NCBI RefSeq assembly: GCF_000485595.1
Contig: NW_014577064.1
Span: forward strand, 679,690 to 736,504
Length of the DNA: 56,815 nt
Reading direction: 5' to 3'
Origin: Priapulus caudatus
Lineage: Eukaryota
The notes below the pieces were generated by a model that saw nothing but the letters and a program-made list of their open reading frames with translations, searched no databases and was not told where the DNA came from. Of the stretch, positions 1-11,315 are shown one piece after another (position 1 is the first letter of the stretch; the number at the start of each line of letters is the position of its first letter). Made by a program: the position numbers and the translations under genes.

Positions 1-122
<122 letters not shown>

Positions 123-565
123 ACTCCCTCGCACGCTCTTCCCAACAAAGAACATAGAATGAAAGTTTAATCGAAAATAGCAGTCACGTTGGCTCAGTCG
201 GAGCGCTGCCCAGCGGTACCCGTCGAATTATGTTCACATGAGTGATATATAATAGGAAACTCGCTGCGCAATTGCACGATTCGTTGTGCATACGCTCGTT
301 GCTTGGTGAAAGTGACCGCCGCTAGCGTTTTCCTCGAGTAACCGCTCTCAGAGAACGGCGGGCGTGCCGCTACGTGACAGCTTTTATTCATGCCGATTTC
401 TTGGTAAGACATGTAAGGGCGATAGCGTGTAAAACAAGTAGGAAGAGTTGGAGTGATGGACGCGTGGACACATTACAACAGAGCTTGTAAGGCACATATA
501 CTCCTACGCTCCTGCTGCTGCGTGAAAGTACATTTTTAGCAAAGCGAAATCAGATCATGGTGACA

Positions 566-614
<49 letters not shown>

Positions 615-659
615 CATCATCATCATCATCATCATCATCACCATCGTCATATCCTCATG

Positions 660-1140
660 TTATTACAATAGAGTAAGAGTTACGGTGATCGAGTAGTTAG
701 AGGGGCAAATGAGATGGATGTGAGAGTTCAAGCCCGCCCAGGCCAACGCTGTGAAGTTTTTCTCAATGTGTATAAACTTCTCTCTCAACATTCCGGAGTG
801 TATATTCCTTATGGCTCGCATGCCCACGTTAAATATTAGGGCCGTCTCTAGCAATGGAGATGTGAAAGAACCACCGAGTACGTAAAACATTGGCAGTGAC
901 AACTCTCGGTATCATTCGGCTTAATTCTGGCGCCCAATACTAGCGAAGCAGAAGACGTCCGAAGACTCACTTGGCCGCAGCAGTGTCGGATGCACACTAA
1001 TGGCAGATGATACTAACTCGAATAACATGGCGTGGTCCTGTCCTATATTTAATTGATCATGACCTAATTGTGATTGCGATGTGAAAAGCAACGGGAAACG
1101 ACCACACCCTATTCCTTTGAAATACGACATGGGCTGTCGC
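660..1140 (-). mobile_element. Possible highly decayed CR1/L2-type LINE reverse transcriptase 3' fragment
   Basis: Minus-strand translations (...ELSLPMFYV...MRAIRNIHSG...HIHLICPSNY) loosely echo the RT C-terminus pattern LEY..PVF...QKRALRII.P...LH.LLP...Y. Weak similarity judged by eye. Confidence 0.25.
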
Positions 1141-1329
1141 CTGGTGGCCGAAAAATGTGAAAAAGCAATGAGGATGAACATGAATTTGAAATTGAAACAA
1201 ATTTGAAATGAAAATATAAATAACTAAATATTCTAAAAGATAATTAAATAAATAAAACTATATATATATATATATATACACCACACTTCTTTATAGTATT
1301 TAGATACGATATATCGATTTATCTTGCAG

Positions 1330-1483
1330 CTGCGCTGTGAACACGGATATCTTCGACGACCTTATCTACGATCCGTCGAATGCGCGCGTCTACAGAACGT
1401 TCCCTGCTCACAAGTTCGCGACCAGCATGCAGGTGTATTACCAGTGTAACGTCAAGCTGTGCATACACGGCAGCTGCGAGATC
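1330..1483 (+). CDS. ZP gene exon: ZP-C terminal part
   Basis: ttgcag|c...gagatc|gtaagt; encodes CAVNTDIFDDLIYDPSNARVYRTFPAHKFATSMQVYYQCNVKLCIHGSCEI, matching the cuticlin A(F/H)KF...VYxQCxVxLC motif. Confidence 0.9.
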
Positions 1484-4400
1484 GTAAGTATAGATAGACC
1501 CTGTTTGTTTGAAACGGATCTGTCATAATCCTGATCCTCCTGCTCTGTCCATTATCCTCAAACGAATCCGTCATAATCCTGATCCTCCGGATCGGGCCAT
1601 ATTGTCCTCATCACAGCGTGGATTTCCCTTTGCGGCAATAACGCACTGATCGCGACACTAGCATAGGCACTGTCACGCAGAACAAGACTGTCTCCTATAA
1701 ACTGTCATGTCTGAGCCCGTAAATTAACAAAAACTATAACCGATCGAATATCGAGGAATACTGCTTAGCATTCTCTGAGAACGATAAATATGTGAGATTA
1801 ATTTTCACCGTGATGCTTGACAGCCAAGCTGCGCGACCACCGTGGGCTCGGTGAGGAGAAAGCGTCAAGCGCTCAGCGGCGAGCAACCGGAAGAGGAACC
1901 CCTTCTCATTGTCAGAGACGTGGTGCTGATTGGAGACTTCGATGACGACCAAGGTGTGTGAGGCCATTAAGATGTTACACACGTATGCACGCGTGCGCGT
2001 ATATATATATAACTGCTGCTGTTGTTGTTGTTATTGGGAGTTGGTAGGACGTCATGACGTACAAGCTTACATCAAGCACATATTCCATTTCTCCGCATTT
2101 TCTCCCATGACGCCTCTTCTTATTTGAGCCACTCTGCGAGAATTGTCGGCAAGGTCTTACGTCACGATAATTATGCTATGCTCGAAAGGTGCCCTTTTGT
2201 TGTTTCACTTCGCACAATTCCACCCCCTCCCTCTCTCTCTCTCTCTCTCTCTCACGCTTCCTGGGCGGTATAATCCACACTCATAGATACACGAATGGTC
2301 TATTTAGAAACAACTCATTACCGCAGTGACAATGACTTACAAAACCCAGCCCGTAAGTACAGTCACCTCTAACCCACACCTTACTATTAAATAAGGTTCC
2401 CTGTCGTTCGGGCGTTAGGAAGATTGAGCGATACTTGTGCGCGGTACAGGGTTATTGTTCCAGTTTGTCCGTATGGGTGCTCTCGACCAGAGATGCCATA
2501 TATTGACAGCCAGCTATCGCTGTGGCTAAACAGGTATATGGTTAGGCAGCGCGGAAGAATGTAGGAAGTGAAACAACTGATGTTTCAATCCACGAAGCAT
2601 GCAAAGCGCTGTGCGTTTTATTTGAAATTCTGGTATCGCAAACGCATTGTAGTGCTACCGCATTCCATATATCAGCCGATAGCAGTGAATTTTCTGGTTC
2701 CTTGTTGTACAATGCTAATACAGATTGACATGAATACATGGTCACTGGCCTATATTTGTTGTAACCATAACTGCATTAGAAATAGATGAGTAATCGATGA
2801 TAATTATTGATTTGATCGACACCGTTCCATTATCACGGACAGATGAGATAGCGCGCACGCGCTATATTCATTTTACAAATAGAGTTAACGTCTCCTAATG
2901 CAAATGTACATATCAACAGATAATCATATGGACGTTTTTCTCGATGAACATTTATGAATATAAGGATGTGAAATACAAAACACGACAATAACTATAACAT
3001 AACCATTATTATAGCTCCGCTCTGCTTACGCCAAGTTTCACTCTCATTGTAGGACCGCCGGAAGTCATCTGCCAACCAGATGACATCATGCTAGTCGCTG
3101 AGTTTGAGGAGCCATTCTTCGGCAGGGTTTATCCCAAGGGACTCTCAAAGATGCAAAACTGTTCTATGACGGGCACTGGCACCAGGGAAGTGCGATTCCG
3201 CGTCGGTCTATTCGGATGTGCGACGATGCAGAGAAGTCCGGTAGGTATATCGTAGCGTGATGTTCCGGAAGAGAATTACCGTTTACTAAAAGTACGCATG
3301 TTCCAGTCAATAATAAAGAATGCACTTTTAACATGTATTTAGCAGGTAAATATATTGAAACCCCATATGTATGTACACGCTCACACCAAGTAGTTACCCA
3401 CCACATTCATTTTAAATATTAATGACTAAATCCGAATTATTTACTAAGCCTCGCGTGTATTTAATATCATAGGAAGATTCGTTTGTGATGGAGTACAACA
3501 ACGTGATCGTCTTCCAACGTCATCCCATGCTCGTCACGAGGAACGATCTCGCATACAGGGTGCACTGCAACTACGAGCTAGGCGAGAAAACCGTCAGCAA
3601 TGACGTCACTGTCGAGTAAGCTACCTCATGTCTGCACATTCTATGTCACTCACTTACTCACTCACTCACTCACTCACTCACTCACTCACTCACTCACTCA
3701 CTCACTCACTCACACTCAATCATTCACTAGCACTTCACTCCACATCACGTCACATCAAACTCACTCACGTCAGCTGCATGTTCTGCGGCTTAGCTGCCAG
3801 TCCACATTTTACCCGCTTTATTCGTGAATTCTTTAACGCCCCAATTATCCGATGCGAAAAGGTGTCAGCACCGCATCCACCACGATGATAACTGTGGTAT
3901 GCAGCGATTGTAAGGCAGAACCGCGTGATTATCGTTTCAATAATGGATCTGAATAAATCTGGCTACTGTTTATAACATGCAAGCTTTCCACTTATGAAAT
4001 CTGATTGATCTGCTTAACTCGTGTTAATACATGCAAGCTTTCCACTTGGTTCGCGCCCTTTGCTTATTTTAATAATTATATCCCTACGGTGATAATTGGC
4101 TAGAGCTACCGCCGCGTCGTCTAGCGAGTTTGTTGTCGTTGGTGACGAGGATAGTTGATGTATTGTAAACTGTACGGACGCATGGTGCCAGATCGACGCT
4201 GAGCTGGCCTCAGTCGGCTCCAAGACCTACGGCCAAATGTAACCATGCTGATTAAGGTGGGCGACAGCGCCAGACGGACCCCACTTGTCATGTGGAGCCT
4301 GTTTCCACTTAGGAACCCGACAGCTGACGTTTGTCATCGATATGTCATCAGCTGTACGTACGACACGCTGCGCATCGCTACATGTGACGCACAGTGCACG

Positions 4401-4750
4401 ACATGTGACGCTCACAGTGACGTCAGAGTGGCGCACTTGACGACCGAATGAGCGCAGATGACGTCTGTGTGACGGCCAGAATGACGAACAGAGTGACGCA
4501 CAACTGAACGACATGAGCAGCAACGAAACTCCCCCATGAGTACTGATATTAAATAGATATGAAAAATGCTTTTCGCATTAATTTCGCTTGCAAGTATATA
4601 ATATCATTGGGCGCATTTGCTAACTGAAATGTGTTTCATTTCTACTCGTCTGCAGAGGTGTATGCGGCTCTCACAAGTGTCGCAGGGCTGCGTATCGCCC
4701 GGAGAGTGGCATGGCATGGCGCAACGAGATTGATCATCGATGAAGGATGG
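1330..4750 (+). CDS. Cuticlin-like ZP-domain protein, partial; exons 1330-1483, 1824-1953, 3053-3240, 3473-3615, ~4192-4355, 4656-4750
   Basis: AG/GT-bounded exons; the first four have compatible phases. They encode a ZP-C end, a furin site, then ZP-N and the start of ZP-C of a second module. The last two exons carry indels. Both ends of the gene are not visible in the window. Confidence 0.85.
1824..1953 (+). CDS. ZP gene exon: consensus furin cleavage site plus hydrophobic patch
   Basis: gacag|cca...gaccaag|gtgtgt; PSCATTVGSVRRKRQALSGEQPEEEPLLIVRDVVLIGDFDDDQ; phase 0 in, phase 1 out. Confidence 0.8.
3053..3240 (+). CDS. ZP gene exon: ZP-N start of the next module
   Basis: ttgtag|ga...agtccg|gtaggt; GPPEVICQPDDIMLVAEFEEPFFGRVYPKGLSKMQNCSMTGTGTREVRFRVGLFGCATMQRSP (PxVxC...PFxGxxYxKG...C motif). 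Confidence 0.9.
3473..3615 (+). CDS. ZP gene exon: ZP-N second half
   Basis: catag|gaa...gtcga|gtaagc; EDSFVMEYNNVIVFQRHPMLVTRNDLAYRVHCNYELGEKTVSNDVTV (YxNxIVxQxHP.LVT..D.AY.V.C.Y motif). Confidence 0.9.
3646..3716. repeat. (CACT)n microsatellite
   Basis: Direct reading. Confidence 0.9.
4192..4355 (+). CDS. ZP gene exon (indel-damaged): linker and ZP-C start
   Basis: Frameshifted pieces read approximately PNVTMLIKVGDSA.GPL....HLGT.LTFVIDMSS; boundaries are approximate. Confidence 0.55.
4656..4750 (+). CDS. ZP gene exon (indel-damaged): ZP-C, ending near IIDE.G
   Basis: ctgcag|ag...gatgg|gtacg; pieces read EVY.L.VSQ.CV...GNE..IIDE.G. The inferred phase-2 end is the same phase that opens the 1330 exon type. 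Confidence 0.55.
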
Positions 4751-4977
4751 GTACGATATCAATATTACGACGCTGCGTAAATATAATATAGATGGAGGAT
4801 CCCGGACGGGGGGGGATACGCTCTTAAACTATAGTAGCATTTTTTATGATATACAATGTGGGAAGATAAAGGCTTACGACGATATCTATATCTATCTGCT
4901 CTACCTATCTCTATCTCTTTCTCACCCTCTCTCTCTCGCGCTCTCTCTCTCTCTCTCTCTNNNNNNNNNNTGGCGGA

Positions 4978-4978
<1 letters not shown>

Positions 4979-5028
<50 letters not shown>

Positions 5029-5071
5029 TTATACATATATATATATATATATAGAGATGTATATAGATAGC

Positions 5072-5142
<71 letters not shown>

Positions 5143-5293
5143 ATAAATAGATAGATAGATAGATTGATAGACAGGCAGACAGATAGTTAGAAATTTGGTT
5201 AGTTAGTTAGATAGATAAATAGATGGGATCTATCTATCTATCTATCTATCTATCTATATCTATCTATCTATCTATCTATCTAGATAAATAGAC

Positions 5294-5391
<98 letters not shown>

Positions 5392-5395
5392 CTGG

Positions 5396-5466
<71 letters not shown>

Positions 5467-5480
5467 GATAGATAGATGGA
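4979..5480. repeat. Compound (AAT)n / (TA)n / (GATA)n-(TATC)n microsatellite block
   Basis: Direct reading; the GATA tracts alternate in orientation. Confidence 0.95.
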
Positions 5481-5568
5481 TCGATCATATCTCTCCGGAT
5501 TTTGACTATGTGTAGGAAAGACGAGTCGGAACTATAATTATATATATATCTATTAATATTATAAAAAA

Positions 5569-7856
5569 CTAGCCGGGTACCCGGCGTTAATTGCTCGGGA
5601 AAGCGGTGGGCGTAGTTATTGAGGTAATTAGGGTTATTTAAGTTTTATTATAGTTTTTCGTTCGCTTTTAAATGCCAAAAATTTTCAACGATGCTACGAT
5701 GACATGCTTACCAGCAAACGCTGTGTCAAGTCAGTCACTGTTGCCCACGAATTTAGATTAGACAAATTCCCAGTGAATTCCCATATGTAATTCCCTGTTT
5801 TTTATTAAATTGCCAGTAGTGGGAGCGTGCCGCTGCATATATGAACTCAAACCTTCGGTTTGCACAAGGACGGGGCGTCCGGGGGCACCACTAGTCAAGT
5901 GATACGTTGGTCACTGCATGGCGTCAAAATTATATCCTACCCGTTCATTTACGATGATGTGCCGTTCGTATGTATGTCCTTGCGTTGTGTTTCTACCAGG
6001 CTCATACGGGCAGATATCATTAGATATTAATGTTATTCGTGCGTAGTGTGGAAGCAAGGTTCCTGTAGATGCGTGCTCGTAGATATAGGAAAACTAGATA
6101 GTCAGTAAATAAATCGAGTAATGATTTATTTAGCAGCGGAGAAATAGTTGTGATAACAGTCCAGTAGATTCAGAAAACACAGTAGATTCAGCCGCCGAGT
6201 CATCACACATAAAGAAACTAAGATGGTTTTCAACAGCACACGAAAACACGACTTTCTTCTAAGCTCTCTACTTTTCCAACTATCTTTTTTTCTTGCCACA
6301 CCTTATTTCTCTCTGGCTGCGGGGCGCGCTTCACGGCCAAAGTTGGTAGCAAGATGCACACTTTTTGTACCACGTGTCCGAGCGGGCGTCGGGTTTGTTC
6401 GTGGCTTCTACGCAGTTAGCCACGCCAGAGCTACATTCGCAACATGGCGTCGTTGTTAGGAAATAGCGCAGACGCTTTCTTTAGGAAATAGCTGCTTGCC
6501 TCGCGCAGAGACGGCAATAACCGTGCGTTACCCGAGTCGCACATATCGAATCGTACGGCACTAGTATTGAACTAGTATCATACCGCGTAACAACGGGTGG
6601 GGCTTGGCCCACTGTTACATATGTGTGTATGAGCCTACGTGCGTGTGTAGCATGTGTGGGTGCATGTGTGCGCGCGTGTATATATATATATATATATTTA
6701 TAAAGTCATTTATATAGGCACACGATTGTTGTATAGCTGAAAGCTGACCACACACCTGGTGCCATAGTTTAACGTACGCGGATGCAATACACGTTCCTGT
6801 CGGCCTATACGTATAAAACATATTAGCAACCAGCGTGCGAAGACGCTTGAGTAAAAGTTTTGTTTACTGCGTGCGCTATACCGATCTATCAACCCGCAGC
6901 TCATCACAGCTCGTGTAGAAACGAGGGCGATGCGCAGGCATGGGCAGCTTATAGTTACAGGGGTGCCCGTAGCCGGAGAAACCGATATATCACCGCAATG
7001 AAGGTTGCGCTATCTCTACATCTCTCGCTCTCACTCAACCACTTATTCTTTTAATGCACAAGTGAAGTGAGAAATGCAACCTTGAAATTTGATAAGCTAC
7101 ACAAATGTTGTTAGCATTTCTAAATTCGTGACATTTCGCGGGCGCAGCCATGCTGTTAACGTCATTGAGCTCTAGTAGATATGTACGCGAACGTTCACAA
7201 CAAAATGCGCCGACATTCTTGCTGGCTAATCACTCAGGCATTACCCTATGCCCCATATACCTAATAAAGCTAAATTAAACCGAAGCCTCATTCCCACGTC
7301 GGTAAACCCGCAGCAAACATACCCAAAGGCGCGAGAATGTGTCAATGGGTTGTCAGTAATGAATTATGCTTATCGGGCATGGTTTTTCTATACTTGCATC
7401 CTTGGATATCGTAATCGGGAGAGCATAACACGTACGCGTACGCTTGGTTCCTCTGAAACTCACGTGCTTTGCGCTTCTTAGCTGCCCGAAGGTTTCAAGT
7501 GTTAAAATTCGAAATGTGCGTGTGTGAAGCTGTTCTGAGCACTATCCCATAATGTATAGTTAGTAAGAGAAGAGCTGCTAAAGCGATGCATATACATATC
7601 ACCAGGAGTCATCATATTGATAGACTCCTGATGTCACGCGGCAACCCTATCCTACGACGTCCGATCCTTGAACTGATGAAGAAATGACAATTTTCATGAG
7701 GTCGTTATAGGGTACTTAATTAATAATTAATAATTAATATCAATAATTAGGTAAACCTTCCCGTACGAATAATTTTATTTGTTTGTTATGTCACCGTGAA
7801 TTTTTATTATATTGCTATACGTTTTATATTATATATACGTTTTAGTAATAGAAAGA
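5569..7856 (-). mobile_element. Putative non-autonomous Helitron
   Basis: On the minus strand it begins A|TCTTTCTATTACTAAAA (7856) and ends with a GC-rich hairpin followed by CTAG|T (5569-5600). This gives an A/T target, no TSD and no Rep/helicase ORF. Pairing of the two ends is inferred. Confidence 0.5.
7603..7630. mobile_element. Ultra-short hairpin insertion (CAGGAG...CTCCTG) with 7-bp TSD
   Basis: atatcac|caggagtcatcatattgatagactcctg|atgtcac (TSD with one mismatch). Confidence 0.65.
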
Positions 7857-7934
7857 TCTTGCGAAGACATAGAACCGTTTAGAGACTACTACAGATATTA
7901 GAGAAGGTTTGCCACGAGCTACATGCGGTATTTT

Positions 7935-7965
7935 CACTGACCTCTACAACCAGTAGAGGTCAGTG
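7935..7965. mobile_element. Ultra-short hairpin insertion (31 bp, 13-bp perfect arms) with 8-bp TSD
   Basis: ggtatttt|cactgacctctac-aacca-gtagaggtcagtg|ggtatttt. Confidence 0.75.
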
Positions 7966-8699
7966 GGTATTTTACGCTGCGGTAAATTATCTACGCGATG
8001 TTACTACACGAGCGACATCTAGCAGGTTGAAGGAGAACCATTTTCAACTCGGAATTTGCAAGAAGAAAATGAAAGAGACGAGTGCTAACCGCGACGTAGG
8101 GGGGAGGAGGCCTACTAAGCTCTCGAGCAAGCCAATTAGCGTTTGGGGAACTGAAATATTTAGATCCTCGATTTACTTCAGTTTTACTTTTTATCTCTAA
8201 TCGAAACTCGCTGCTTAGAGTTTAAAGTTGTTTTTCGAAAACCAGACTTCTTGTGCTATATCCGGCAGAATGGTTGGTTTCATGTGTATATGTGTGACGG
8301 CCAGTGGAGGCTATACGTGAAGCCTATTTTTAAACATAATAATTAGTTGTGAATTGCAAATTTTCCTCATATGACGAAAAATTATTTTAACAAAAAAAGG
8401 TATAAAAATTATAGATTTAATAAAATAAATGTGCTTTGTAATAAATCAGCAGTCTTAAAACGGCTACTGTTGATTTATAGGAATTTAAGCCTAATATGGC
8501 CGCCAATGAAAAATTATTTCACAATGTATTACCTACACCGCAGCATCTGAAGCTAGACGAGCCGAGTGCATACTGAGATTTACTCCACTCGCTATATGGC
8601 CGCGGCGAGCCATAGGCACCGTTAGTCTAAACTACCATAAACGAACGCCCTGCACCGTGACCGATCACGCTTTAAGTGACTAAGGGTTCGACTTTGTCA

Positions 8700-8990
8700 C
8701 TTCGGTTCGTTGCCTGTGCATCCTCCTCGGCATTATAGGTCAAAGACTTGTTTCCTTTTTGGCACTTGAAGAGCATACGATCTCTGCAACTGAATTGCTT
8801 TGGTTTTCGTAACAAACCTTATCCGGCAAAGCTACTCACTGTTAAGTGGGTAGGGGGATGTTCGGCACACGCCGGCTAGATTAAACCCATTTCTACAGCA
8901 GATGTCGGCTCAGGCAAATCGGGATAAATTACATTGCTCAAGGACGCCACAGCAGTGACAACAGTGGGACTCGAACCCACGACACGGCGC
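8700..8990 (-). mobile_element. tRNA-derived SINE (CORE/V-SINE-like head)
   Basis: The minus strand reads GTGGGTTCGAGTCCCAC (Pol III B box) followed by GTGGCGTCCTTGAGCAA..., resembling the conserved TGTCCTTGxGCAAG segment of metazoan SINEs. Limits are approximate. Confidence 0.5.
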
Positions 8991-10105
8991 AGCACAATTT
9001 CGTTCCAAGACCCTACAATTCTATGAGCCTCTAGCTCGGGGCAATAGCGAGTAGAAATTCTGCTTACTTTGATCAGGCGAGACCCTCAGGTCGATCTCGG
9101 GCAGCAGTGCTAACACGAGATCTCATGTTACCGAGCGGGTTTTTATTATCGTGGATTTCGCCGAAGTATTTTCTAGTGGCCTAGAATCCTAGCAAATATC
9201 GTATTGGTTCCTAAAGTCTTATGTCCGTGCATTGTTGCGTGTGCAATGCGATTATTGTAAATACCTAAATATTTCTGGTGTTATATAGAAAGCACGTGAT
9301 CCCACACGAACTCTTTATAGTATCGCGAGAACGACAGAAATTCGGGTCAAATTACCTTTTTTGTACGCATGCAAAACGCTTATGGGCATGCTTAAATAAA
9401 TAGATGATGACGTTACGCACGAAACGGACGATAACCCTACGACAAAGAACAACCACTTGAATGCGTGATGTGTTTAGAGGCTATATGTCGGTCAAGAGGG
9501 GATGTTGTCATCACACATAAATTGTCAAAGTAATAAAAGCGAAAAAAAGTGGGTATCGGGCCAGTGCACTCGCTTAATTTCAGATTACGTCAGAATAAGG
9601 TCGATGAGGAATATGTGAGCCCTCACATAAGTGCATGCGGGTGTGTCTGTGTCAGTCTGCGTGCGTGTGTGCGTGCGTAAGCGCGCGCGTGCGTGTGCAT
9701 GTGAGTGCTCGTGGCTGCGTATATCTGCAGGCCTGTGACTATGTACGCGCGTGTGTGTTTGTGAGTGCACGCCCGTGTGTGTGTGTTTATTTGTATACGC
9801 GTATAGCCCATGTCTGTAGGGGGTTCGTTGTCGCAAACGCATATACGAGATTATAGAGGTTCAAAAGGTACCTTGGAATCAGACAGCGAGGCAAAGAGAT
9901 AACGACAGCATTTTGCTTTTTAATGACGAATGCTTACCTTACATATAACGGAAGCTGCGTCTAATCGTTCGCAGTATATAGCTGTTGCCGAGGTCGAATG
10001 TATAGCGTTAGCGTACTAATTCAATCAGCGAGACGTGTATAGGAGGGAGGAAAGAAGGATGATGATATCTACTGCTGCATGCATAATGCTATCGAGTCGT
10101 ATACC

Positions 10106-10525
10106 CAGTGGCGGTTCTAGAGGATAGGGGTGCAACCCACCCGTTCAGCTACTGACTATAATGCTGATAGGGTCTATATCCCCCAGGGTACTGCCGGAAC
10201 GTACCCTGGGTACGATCCGGTATACCGGAACGTACCCTGGTGCTATCTAATATGCCGGACCGTACCTCGCCTACTCCACTAACGAGTCTAGGGAGTCGCC
10301 TACGCCTACTCCCTACCCCTACCCCTACCCCTAACCCTAACCCTAACCCTAACCGTACCCAGGGTACGTTCCGGCAGTACCCTGGGGGACATAGACCCTA
10401 AATGAGCCTGACGCATGCATGGTATGATACTAGTAAAATGAGGGCACCCTAGCACCGCGTGCTTTCGGCACGCTTTTGCGCAAATATCCCCCCCCCCGTC
10501 TCCTGAAAGCTGGATCCGCCCCCTG
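10106..10525. mobile_element. MITE with CAGTGGCGG.TCTAG / CTGGATCCGCCCCCTG termini (host of a nested MITE)
   Basis: Imperfect terminal inverted repeats; no clean TSD found. Confidence 0.5.
10170..10398. mobile_element. MITE with 45-bp TIRs, TA TSD and an internal (CCCTAA)n tract
   Basis: ta|gggtctatatcccccagggtactgccggaacgtaccctgggtacg...cgtacccagggtacgttccggcagtaccctgggggacatagaccc|ta (one mismatch). Confidence 0.85.
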
Positions 10526-10562
10526 GTACCTGCACAGTGTTGGTTGTAGAGGTTGATTTTAT

Positions 10563-10632
10563 CAGGAGTCTATCAATATTAATAGACTCCTGATTTTATC
10601 AGAAGTAGATAATAGGGAATTATCTACTTCTG
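10563..10632. mobile_element. Two tandem ultra-short hairpin insertions (10563-10592 and 10600-10632) sharing a triplicated ATTTTAT target
   Basis: attttat|caggagtctatcaatattaatagactcctg|attttat|cagaagtagataatagggaattatctacttctg|attttat. Confidence 0.75.
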
Positions 10633-11114
10633 ATTTTATCCAGCCCAGCAATTCACAGTTGGTAATTGTAACGTACTCAAGCGTGTGCAATCGCCCGACC
10701 GTATGACTTGATAACTTGATAACTTGGTAACTTGATAATATCGCGAATGACTCGCGTTAGCAGTAACATCACTTGATTTCGATAGGGTGGAATTAAATAG
10801 AGGTGGTCACTGTTGGAGAGATGGTTCTCAGTTACTCAAGACGCGCTATAACCACGCGCAGGGGCCAACACGAGTCACAAAGACAGAGCAGCTAGTGCCA
10901 AGTGTAGAACATATAGTTGTTTTAACGTAAACGCTGCGAGACGTATAAAATCAACGCGACACACTTTGTTTTTGACAAGAAACCTACGCGTATAATATAA
11001 CGTTATCCGTGCGTCGGTCAGCATTACACTATCGTTACGAGCTTCTGTACAGCTGCCGGCGCGGTTGTAGTATAGGCTTGTCGTCAAGCAAGCATCCCAC
11101 GCTAGCCGCGCACA

Positions 11115-11315
11115 ATGTGCCTGGCGGCATTAGCCGCATAGGCGGAGCCTGATAATCAGTAGTAGCGGCACCCGTCCGTGGGGAAGACCTTGAAGGTGAC
11201 GCCCCAGGAATTCATCAGCGCCACTCCTGCACAGCCGGCGTGCAATCCTTCCACCCGCGCATAGAGACGTTGCGTGTCAATCGCCGGGAAACTTTCGCTT
11301 TCCACTCAGCGCTAT
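11115..11315 (+). repeat. Dispersed repeat segment, also present at ~35715-35915, ~44100-44295 and ~52117-52320
   Basis: Near-identical stretch tgtgcctggcggcattagccgcataggcggag...ttccactca.cgctata. Confidence 0.8.

Noticed and set aside
2464..2533. Candidate extra ZP-gene exon (ccag|...cag|gtat)
   Set aside because: Its 70-nt length breaks the phase between the 1953 and 3053 exons, and the peptide is not recognisable.
8955..8990. tRNA gene
   Set aside because: Only a T-arm/B-box is present and no full cloverleaf; better explained as a SINE head.
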